From NCBI GenBank assembly GCA_001567365.1, contig JZEL01000013.1, forward strand, positions 39,058-103,057: DNA of 64,000 bases, read 5' to 3'. The notes under the pieces are model-generated. The model made no database searches, was not told the DNA's origin, and worked only from the letters and a program-made list of their open reading frames with translations. Origin of the DNA: Parcubacteria bacterium OLB19 (GTDB taxonomy: Bacteria; Patescibacteriota; Minisyncoccia; Phycocordibacterales; UBA918). Positions 55,721 through 64,000 of the stretch are shown piece by piece. Both the position numbers and the translations under genes were made by a program. Positions within the stretch are counted from its first letter, which is position 1. Each line of letters starts with the position of its first letter.

Positions 55721-56299
55721 CTAGAGGTGGCTATTCGCAATTGCTTTTTCTAGTAACAATTCCAATTTAGCCACCGGTAACTCAGTTCGAAAATCTTCCA
55801 ATTCAGAAAAAACCGCACTTTTAAAATCTTTAGGAATACTACCCTCATCCACATACCCTAGTTCGTTGAGTATTTTGAGTTGCACAATTAAATCCCAAAA
55901 AAGCCTTTCATTATTAATTTTATTCATTTCCTCTAAAGCCAGAAGACAAAAATCAAAAAGTGCAGGCAGAGACTCCTCCCCATGAATGAAGCGTCTTAGA
56001 GTTTTAAATACAGTAACAACACTACCGCGAACCAAACGATTGTCGGCTTGGGTGAAATAATTAGTTTTAGCTTCCACACTTCCCACTTTCCATCCTTGTT
56101 TTCCTTTAATTAAAGAAACTCTAATTAAAGAAAAATCTTGCAAAGCAAATCTTTGTTTTGATCTTTCCTCCCGTACACTCTTGGCAGTGGCATACAACAT
56201 TCCCACCTCTCGCGTGAACAAGAGAAATACTTTGTCGGCGGTATTGTGAAGAAAACTCCCACACACCAACGCCTCAGTTGTGTAGGTATGGTATGACAT
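55721..56299 (-). CDS. recO: DNA repair protein RecO-like
   Basis: N-terminal OB-fold pattern (TEALVCGSFLHNTADKVFLLFTREVGMLYATAKSVRE...FALQDFSLIRVSL). Short for a RecO (192 aa), hence moderate confidence. Confidence 0.5.
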   Translation of the reverse strand: MSYHTYTTEALVCGSFLHNTADKVFLLFTREVGMLYATAKSVREERSKQRFALQDFSLIRVSLIKGKQGWKVGSVEAKTNYFTQADNRLVRGSVVTVFKTLRRFIHGEESLPALFDFCLLALEEMNKINNERLFWDLIVQLKILNELGYVDEGSIPKDFKSAVFSELEDFRTELPVAKLELLLEKAIANSHL

Positions 56300-59200
56300 T
56301 AAAGTTTATGAATTGATATAACGAAGGAATTTTCACCAGCCTTAATTTCCTTTCCGGAATTTTCCGTAATAATTATCTCACTCGCACCAACGGTCTTTTT
56401 GATTAAATTAGACATATTAGTGTTGCTTAATAATTCTTCTCCAACTTCATTGGTTTTAATTTCTAAGCGGATACTATCTTGTGGCACCAGACCAGCTTCT
56501 TTTCGCATATCCTGAATAGCACGAATCAAATCACGAGTATCACCTTCCATTTTTAGTTCGGGGGTAATGACAGTATTTAGAATCACTCTCTCTGTTTGAT
56601 TGATATCGAAGGCTACCATTTTTACATTAATTTCTTCAGCAACAATATCAGTATATTCTTTAGCCATTTCAATATTAAGAGTCAAAGAAGAAAGTGGTTG
56701 ACGCACCTTAATATTGGCTTTAGTTCTTGCTTCAAGGGCAGTGGTTACAAATTCCCGAACCAGACTCATTTCACCAATCACCACAGGATCAACCTCCCCC
56801 ACATTTGGCCACTCTGACAAATGCACACTTATAGCCTCGTTCCCATTTCTTACTTTCTGCCACAGATATTCAGCATAAAACGGCATAGCTGGAGCCATTA
56901 CTTGTGCCAAAGTCTTTAGTACATATCTCAGTGTTCCGAGTGCTAACTTTTTATCTGTTTCATCTTCACCTTTCAAACGTTCTCGCGAACGGCGCAAATA
57001 CCAAACCGATAGGTCGTCAATAAAATCAGTCAGTGGTCTGGTAGCTTTATCAAGCTCATAAGCTTTATAACCATTTGTCACCTCGAGGGTTAGTTGATTG
57101 AGGCGCGCCACGATCCATCTATCCAAAATATTACTGGAATCGTGGCGCGCTCCCCACCATCCTGAAACATTTCATACATCGCCAACACATTATGCAAGCG
57201 TCCCAAGTTTTTACGTTGTTGTTCTAAAACCTCCTTTTCCGAAAAACTCAAATCTTCTCCATGTACTACTGGCGATGACAAAAGATAATAACGTACAGCA
57301 TCAGCTCCTAGACGATTCACCAAATCCACCGGATCTGGATAGTTATTTAATGATTTACTCATCTTCTTACCATCCTCAGCTAAGACTAGACCATTCACCA
57401 CCACATTTTCATAAGGTGACTTATCAAATAAAGCCACACCCAAAACTAGCATGGAATAGAACCAACCCCGAGTTTGATCCAAACCTTCGGCAATAAACTG
57501 TGCTGGGAAACATTCTTTAGTAAAAGTATCAGCACAAGAAAAAGGATAATGATGTTGGGCATATGGCATAGAGCCACTCTCAAACCAACAATCAAACACG
57601 TCCGGTACCCTCTCCAATTCCTCATCACCATCGTAAAGTTTTACTTCATCGATATATGGTCGATGATAATCAAGTTCATAGTTATCGTTGTGTGGTAGCG
57701 GTGAAAATGACAAAGTACGCAGTTCAGCATTTTGGAGATCATAAGAATTATCTTCAATGTGCTTCGCCGTAACTTCAAGATCATCACCCTCTACCACTGC
57801 CTGCATCATCTGCAAAGTACCATTATGAGATACAAACAAAATATTTTTACCATTATGTTTTTGCTCAAGTTCATAAAGTAACTCTCCCACTCGCTTTTTC
57901 ACATCCAACCAATTTTCTCCTCCTTCCGGTCTTTTAGTCAACCTATCAATACCAGTAGCAAAGAAAGAATGATATTCATCAACCGTTCTTCCCTCAAATT
58001 CACCAAACCCCATTTCTAAGAGACGTACATCTTCCACTAACACACTATTATCTAGTCCAAGATTCTTAGCGATTTCCTCAGCGGTTTCTTTAGTTCTTTG
58101 TAGTGGTGAATAATAAATAAAATCAATCTTTTCTGACTGCAATTTCTCCGTCAAACCCTTGATTTGTTCTCTACCTTTTTCTGTTACGCCATTCTCTACA
58201 CCATCCTTAACATTCAGAGTATTTTGTGTGTTTAATTTTGACTCAGCATGACGGGTAATGAGATATTTGTTACCGCTTTTTGGTATAAAAGTTTTTAATT
58301 CCTCAAGTGAGCCGATTACTTTTATTTCACCTGATTTTTTATTTCGCCAGATTGGTAGTGGCGCACCCCAATAACGCTGACGTGACACAGCCCAGTCACG
58401 AGCGCCTTCAAGCCATTTTCCAAAACGATTACTACCAACATGGTCTGGTACCCACTTCACTTTATTATTAGCTTCAACCAACTTATCCTTAATATCAGTT
58501 ACTTTCACAAACCATGAAGTAGTACCGTAATTCAAAAGGGGTGTTCCGTCTCGCCAACAATGCGGATAACTGTGCGTAATATTTTCCTTCTTAAAAATCT
58601 TTCCCTGCTCCTGCAAATATTTCAAAACTTTTATATCGGCATCAAGATGAGATACTCCCGTAGCATCATCGTCTTTTGGTTTCACTAATTGTCCAGCAAA
58701 TTCTGTTACAAACGGCATAAAGCGACCTTCATAGTCAACATGATGAACAATCGGAATATTGTTTTCCTTAGCCAAATTCATATCTTCCTCGCCATAAGCT
58801 GGAGCAATATGTACCGCACCCGTTCCCTCTTCACCAAGCTCAACATAATCAGCATGATAAATTTTCCAAGCTGTTTCTACCCCTTTGATGTCTTGCTTTC
58901 GTAGATAATCAAAGGGAGGCTGATATGAAAGATCTACTAAGTCTGAGCCTTTCATTTCTTCAACTATAGATAGTACAAATTCTCCCCATAAGTAATTACC
59001 GTCATTGTCTTTTTTTATACCTGGAATTTTTCCAAGCATTTCTTTAGCAAGAATTATGTATTCATTATTTTTTGATGGTCTTTCTTTATATTCGATTTTT
59101 GATGCGTAAGCTGGTAAAACTAAAACTTTCACATACTCGAAGTCCTTATTTATCGCCACCGCCATATTGCCTGGCAGAGTCCAAGGCGTAGTTGTCCAAA

Positions 59201-59921
59201 TCAAAATACTAGTGTCAGTCGGCTTACCTTCACTATCGAGAAGAGGCATTTTCACTGTCACGGAAATATCTTTCACATCTGCATAGCCTTGGTTTACCTC
59301 GAAGTTGGATAAGGTCGTGCCACAACGTGGACATAAATGCATAGCTTTATACCCTTCATAAACCAGACCCTTTTCATGAAGCTGTTTAAACACCCACCAC
59401 ACACTTTCGGTGTAGGTGCTATCCATGGTCTTGTAGTCATTTTCCATATCTACAAAACGCCCCAGACGTGGCACTATTTTTTTCCAATCATCAGCGTACT
59501 CCAAAACCGCCCCTCGAGCTTCTTCGTTAAAATTCTTAATACCAAATTCCTCGATATCTTTTTTATTGGCTAATCCCAACTTTTTCTCGATTAGATTTTC
59601 TAGTGGTAAACCATGACAATCCCAACCCCAGCGTCTTTTCACTCGAAAACCATTCATCGTCCAAAAACGCGGGATGGCGTCCTTTATCGTACCAGCCAAA
59701 ATATGCCCGTAGTGTGGCAAGCCAGTCGCAAACGGCGGACCATCATAAAAAATATATTCTCCTTTTGGCTCAGCTCCCGCCGGCCTTGCCATACTTTTAT
59801 TAAAAATATCTTCTCGTTGCCAAAAAGATTGTATCTCCTCTTCGCGTAGAGCCATCTCGCTTTTTACCACTTCTGCTACCACCTCCACCGTATCATTTTC
59901 ACGATTTATTTTTTTAGACAT
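56299..59921 (-). CDS. ileS: isoleucyl-tRNA synthetase, split into two ORFs by an apparent 1-nt deletion in a T/A run (~57125-57132)
   Basis: HYGH and KMSKS motifs in ORF 57090..59921. The anticodon-binding domain DRWIVARLNQLTLEVTNGYKAYEL is in ORF 56299..57126. Reading the T4 as T5 gives ...ATIPVIFLDRWIVARL... Confidence 0.85.
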
Positions 59922-60428
59922 AAAACAATTTAGTTATGTATATCAGACATAATAATAAACATGCATATCAGACATGTTTTTACATATTAGCATGAGTCAT
60001 GGTTTTAGCTAGATATCTTGCAAAAAAAATAGTTGCGTGGTACAGTAAAAAGTGAAATTCACCACAACAAAATAAGGAGAAGGGTCATGCTGTTCTTTAG
60101 AGACATCATTCAATGTATTAATAATAGTGTTTCATTTTTACTAAAAACGATCTCAAATAACCGGAAGTTGAGAATTAAAAATTGTACAAAAAATACCGCA
60201 ACTTCGCCCTGGCGAAGATCAATACATAAAAGGAGATTAAAAAAATGTTAAAAACTAACAAAAAACAAGATTATTAGTTTCTTCCCCACTTAGTAGTTTG
60301 ATCATATTAATAATGAAACCAACTATACCAAATGTTGTACTTGTACAACAAAGCAACCAAAATACTTTTCTTGACCAGAAAAGAAGGCAAAAGCGCGGTC
60401 ACAGAAGAAGAAACAAGTAAGAATTTAA

Positions 60429-60464
60429 TTACCCCGTCAGATTTTGACGGGGTTTATTTTTTAT
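60429..60464 (+). terminator. rho-independent terminator
   Basis: accccgtc-agatttt-gacggggt followed by ttattttttatt. Confidence 0.6.
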
Positions 60465-60521
60465 TAAAACTAAAATCGGTGAATTGAAATTTCTATAGAG
60501 ACATGTGAATAATAGATTAAA

Positions 60522-61361
60522 CTACAGAGTAGTAAATGACTGGACGATAGTGTTTATATATTCACGTATTTTCATATAGTCCTCATAAGACTGAGTAGGC
60601 ATAACACAATTTGCTTGTAATTCATTAATACAGAATTTCTCATCCTTATCTTTTGACAAATCATTAGCAAAAAAACCTATACTATATGCTCCGTTTTTAT
60701 TAATGAAATAAACTGGCAACAATGGTTTTGTATAGTCCGCGTCGTAAGTACTTCGATTTTGTTCGGTAAAGATTATAGGGTCAACTTTATAGTAGTCATA
60801 ATAAACATTTCTAACATCAGCCTCTGTTTGTTCAACTGTTGCATGTGTATCTTCACTATATGGCGCCACTTCTATATCTAAACCGTACAAATCTCTTTTT
60901 ACTGAATCCCAACCAGTTTTTTCACCTGACACGATTTCTGATGAAGGAGTTGTATTAATAATGATCCCTCCAGAAATACTGCCGAATTTTTCACAAAAAA
61001 GTGAATCTGAACAAAAGTTAACACTAGCTTCTTTAGGGTACAGAAAAGCCAAACTATATTCATCACTTACATACCATAAGTATCCCTCGGGGGCAGGTTT
61101 AAGTTGGGGGAAATTATCATTTGATATGAAGCCTTTCTCCTCAGTGGTATACCATGTATATGTCTCTAAAGGTTCAAAAGTATTTTTTTCTTCATTGGAT
61201 TTATTTTTTTCAAAATATGTTAATCCGATACCAACCACAACTAACAAACCCAGCATTCCAAAACCAATAAATTTATTTCTAAATGTCATATTTTGTTTAG
61301 TATACGGATTTGCCAAAAAAAAACAATTACTATACAATCGCCAATGCGAAACACTTCGCAT
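60522..61361 (-). CDS. hypothetical membrane-anchored protein (N-terminal TM helix, extracytoplasmic domain)
   Basis: ORF track; TM helix FIGFGMLGLLVVVGIGLTYF. Confidence 0.4.
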   Translation of the reverse strand: MRSVSHWRLYSNCFFLANPYTKQNMTFRNKFIGFGMLGLLVVVGIGLTYFEKNKSNEEKNTFEPLETYTWYTTEEKGFISNDNFPQLKPAPEGYLWYVSDEYSLAFLYPKEASVNFCSDSLFCEKFGSISGGIIINTTPSSEIVSGEKTGWDSVKRDLYGLDIEVAPYSEDTHATVEQTEADVRNVYYDYYKVDPIIFTEQNRSTYDADYTKPLLPVYFINKNGAYSIGFFANDLSKDKDEKFCINELQANCVMPTQSYEDYMKIREYINTIVQSFTTL

Positions 61362-61408
61362 TGTTCTTTGTTATATCAATAATATTTTTCTAAATAAGGA
61401 GTTACAAA

Positions 61409-62131
61409 GTGAGTTTATTTAAACGTACTGCTGTAGCATTATTTATTTTGTTATTTTTATTTACCACCAAAACACAAGCTGGTAGTTTCTGGTTTCCAAT
61501 CGAAACAGTATATCCGTATACTGTAAAAGTTACAGCCGTCCCTGACCTAGATACAGCAATCGGTGTTATCAAAACACGTATGGGTGAGAAAGGAAGAAAA
61601 AGTAATGGTTGTGTTGCACTTTTTCCAGACACTTACCCATGTACTAGTGCTTATAAAAAAGACTATTCCGTCTGGGGATACAAAAAAGATGGCGGTGGTA
61701 AATGGAATTTAGCAGGAATTAATTATGCTAGTGACCCATACATTATGTGGTACGACAATCATAATGGCTATGATTTTTCTGATCCTTCGTACACTGGCAA
61801 AAGCGTCCATGCGGTTGAAAATGGTGTTATAAAATTAGTTAATAGTGACTGGGGTCAGGTGGAAATTGAACATGATATCAACGGCGTAATATATCGCACT
61901 ACTTATACCCACATGGACATCAGTACCACCAAATCTAGTTTAATTGTTGGAACAACAATCTATCGTTGGTTTAAGCTTGGTACAGTATCAAATAAAACAC
62001 CGGCGGGTATATCTGTTGGTAAACACCTACATTTCGTAACCAAAAAGAAAGTTGGTACTTCATGGAAAATTGTTGACCCTTACGGTCACTGGGAAAATGG
62101 TGTTGAAGTAGAGCCATATCTTTGGGAGTAA
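61409..62131 (+). CDS. secreted M23-family metallopeptidase
   Basis: Signal peptide; HNGYDF (HxxxD) and GKHLHF (HxH) motifs. Confidence 0.7.
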   Translation: MSLFKRTAVALFILLFLFTTKTQAGSFWFPIETVYPYTVKVTAVPDLDTAIGVIKTRMGEKGRKSNGCVALFPDTYPCTSAYKKDYSVWGYKKDGGGKWNLAGINYASDPYIMWYDNHNGYDFSDPSYTGKSVHAVENGVIKLVNSDWGQVEIEHDINGVIYRTTYTHMDISTTKSSLIVGTTIYRWFKLGTVSNKTPAGISVGKHLHFVTKKKVGTSWKIVDPYGHWENGVEVEPYLWE

Positions 62132-62175
62132 TTATTTACTTGATGTGTGGTTATTTTTATTTTGTGTAAATTGTT

Positions 62176-62213
62176 TAAGGGGCGGAAACCGCAGGTTTCC
62201 GCCCCTTATTTTT
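62176..62213. terminator. bidirectional terminator sharing the GGGCGGAAA palindrome core
   Basis: aaggggcggaaacc-gcag-gtttccgcccctt followed by attttt. Confidence 0.65.
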
Positions 62214-63891
62214 ACATCCTCTCTGGCGCTTTAATACCCAAAATCCAAAGACCATTTTCTAAAGTGGTTTTCACAGCTTCGGCAATAGCGATTTTATATG
62301 GTGCGTTTATGTCTTCTTTGTCAGCAATTTTTTCGTGAGCATAGAAAGAATTAAACTCCCCCGCTAGTTCAGTCAAATATCCCACGACTTTATGTGGCGC
62401 ACGGTCAACAAGAGCTTCTTCTATTACTTCCGGAAAACGGTAAATAATTTTTTCAATTTCATAAGGAGCGTCGGGATAAGTATTGGTATTTAATTCTAAG
62501 CCTGCTTGTTTGGCTTTTTCTAAAACTGAATTTATACGAGCGTAAGTATATTGAAGATATGGTCCGGAATCACCTTCAAAAGATAGAGATTTCTCTTTAT
62601 CAAAAATAATGTTGGATCCTGGATTTTGACGTAAAATTTGATACTTCAAAGCTGCTACGGCTACCATTTCTGTCATCGCTTCAACATCATCAGTGCGGGT
62701 ATTTTCCGCCTTTATTCTCGCTTCATTCTGAATTTCTGCTAGCAGTGACTCGCCGGTCAAAACATTACCTTTTCGTGACGACATTTTACCGGTAGTTAGA
62801 GTCAGAAAACCAGTTGAGATATGTTCCAAATCCTTTTGGGTAACATCTGTAAATAACTCCTTTATTACCGCAAACAAAACTTGGAAATATTCTCGTTGTT
62901 CATTTCCTGTGATAATAATTGACTTAGTCCAATCTGGATAAGTTTTTTGTTTAGTCAAAAAATTACCTAAATCTTTAGCTTCATAAGTTGGTAGACCTTT
63001 GGAGTTTAAAAATACTCTAGTATGAAGACCAACTTTTTCACCTTCATAAACTATGGCTCCTTCACTTTCCTTAAACACATCTCCAACATGCTGAAGAACA
63101 GTATCTTTACCTAATACACTCACTTCGCTTTCAAAGAATTGTAAATCAAATTTAGTTCCCAAAACTCCGCAAAGCTCAGCCAGACGACGAAGTGAGGTAG
63201 CAATACCAATTCTTCTAATCTCATTTAATTCTTCATTACTACCTTCGTACAAAACTTTATTTAAATCATCAATATCTTTCTTGGCTTCTTCAACATTTTC
63301 ATAAGCTTCGTTACCAAACACATAAGCTTTACCTAAAGCCACAATATCATCAGGATCACCTCCTTGCTTTTTTAAACCCCACACTCCTTTGGCCACCGTA
63401 AGACCAATATCAGATGGATAATTGATTCTTTTCACTTCAGCCCCTGAAAATTCAAACAGACGAGAAATTGATTCTCCAATAATATTTCCAACTAAGTTAC
63501 CAATATGCAGTGGTTTGAAAAGATTTGGACTAGTGTATTCCATCATTACCAATTGACCAATCTCGTTATCATTTCTTCCCCACGCATCACTTAAAGTCTT
63601 AACCCGAGCAACTTCACTAGCAAAAAAATCACGACTTAAAAAGAAATTAATAAAACCAGGGCCGGCAATTTCTATTTTTTCTACGTATTCAATCTGGTCT
63701 TGAAGCGCCGCGACAAGTTGCTCCGCAACTTGTCGCGGCGCTTCCCCTTTGCGCTTTGCCACTACCATCGCCACATTAGTAGCATAATCACCATGAGTAA
63801 GTTCAGCCGGATGCTCGACCGCAAAATTTACTTCAGTAAAACCCCAACTAGCTAAAACGTCATTTATTGCTGTCCTAATTACCTTTTCCAT
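62212..63891 (-). CDS. argS: arginyl-tRNA synthetase
   Basis: SPNLFKPLHIGNLVGN (HIGH region); MSSRKGNV (KMSKS-equivalent); an N-terminal Arg_tRNA_synt_N-like domain and C-terminal DALR-type region. Confidence 0.88.
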   Translation of the reverse strand: MEKVIRTAINDVLASWGFTEVNFAVEHPAELTHGDYATNVAMVVAKRKGEAPRQVAEQLVAALQDQIEYVEKIEIAGPGFINFFLSRDFFASEVARVKTLSDAWGRNDNEIGQLVMMEYTSPNLFKPLHIGNLVGNIIGESISRLFEFSGAEVKRINYPSDIGLTVAKGVWGLKKQGGDPDDIVALGKAYVFGNEAYENVEEAKKDIDDLNKVLYEGSNEELNEIRRIGIATSLRRLAELCGVLGTKFDLQFFESEVSVLGKDTVLQHVGDVFKESEGAIVYEGEKVGLHTRVFLNSKGLPTYEAKDLGNFLTKQKTYPDWTKSIIITGNEQREYFQVLFAVIKELFTDVTQKDLEHISTGFLTLTTGKMSSRKGNVLTGESLLAEIQNEARIKAENTRTDDVEAMTEMVAVAALKYQILRQNPGSNIIFDKEKSLSFEGDSGPYLQYTYARINSVLEKAKQAGLELNTNTYPDAPYEIEKIIYRFPEVIEEALVDRAPHKVVGYLTELAGEFNSFYAHEKIADKEDINAPYKIAIAEAVKTTLENGLWILGIKAPERM

Positions 63892-63915
63892 ATTATTGCT
63901 ACAATAACCAATTAT

Positions 63916-64000
63916 TCCACAACTGTCACGAGTCCTTCGGGTTTTTTGGTACTATCAATCACAAAAGTCTTTCGCCCCAAAACCTGCCCCTTATTATTCT
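63916..64000 (-). CDS. 3' end of an unidentified gene continuing beyond the window
   Basis: The minus-strand frame ...NNKGQVLGRKTFVIDSTKKPEGLVTVVE* is open to the window edge. Confidence 0.3.

Noticed and set aside
60033-60251. 72-aa plus-strand ORF upstream of ileS
   Set aside because: Highly basic low-complexity sequence with no recognisable motif, and no terminator association; likely spurious. The shorter 60305..60412 ORF next to the terminator is the better candidate and is reported as a finding.

Overview
This window reads as a Patescibacteria/CPR-like bacterium: AT-rich, gene-dense, standard code (TGA is a stop, e.g. at the end of recA), almost all genes on the minus strand, and GC-rich hairpin terminators between genes. 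The rRNA genes are unlinked: 16S plus tRNA-Ile(GAT) sit at ~2.35-4.97 kb and 23S plus 5S at ~25.3-29.1 kb, both on the minus strand, with ~21 kb of protein genes between them. The 23S is ~3.28 kb, which implies expansion segments, and the 16S 3' end looks atypical. Recognisable housekeeping genes include murD (partial), secD/secF, folD, ftsW/rodA, ftsK, recA, efp, rpsF-ssb-rpsR, rplJ-rplL, metG, glyQS, ileS, argS, recO-like, tatD, a UMP-kinase-like gene and tRNA-Pro(GGG). The accessory content is envelope/surface genes. One group is a glycan locus (SDR epimerase, WbaP-like phosphotransferase, GT1 glycosyltransferase). A second is a putative surface/adhesion operon (a vWA membrane protein, a 1094-aa protein with about ten tandem ~95-aa cysteine-motif repeats, and a membrane anchor). 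The rest are a very acidic secreted peptidoglycan-binding protein, three small secreted proteins, and several peptidoglycan-remodelling enzymes (L,D-transpeptidase, two M23 peptidases, a VanY-like M15 peptidase). At least seven genes, including essential ftsK and ileS, are split by single-base length changes in A/T homopolymers. This most likely reflects homopolymer indel errors in the assembly, so ORF boundaries at homopolymers are unreliable. Also present are a family of long GC-rich perfect palindromes sharing a GGGCGGAAA core (three copies located; two sit in divergent promoter regions), tandem degenerate copies of the tRNA-Ile 3' end, a duplicated 45-bp element upstream of the L,D-transpeptidase gene, and a ~1 kb stretch with no ORF of 60 aa or more.
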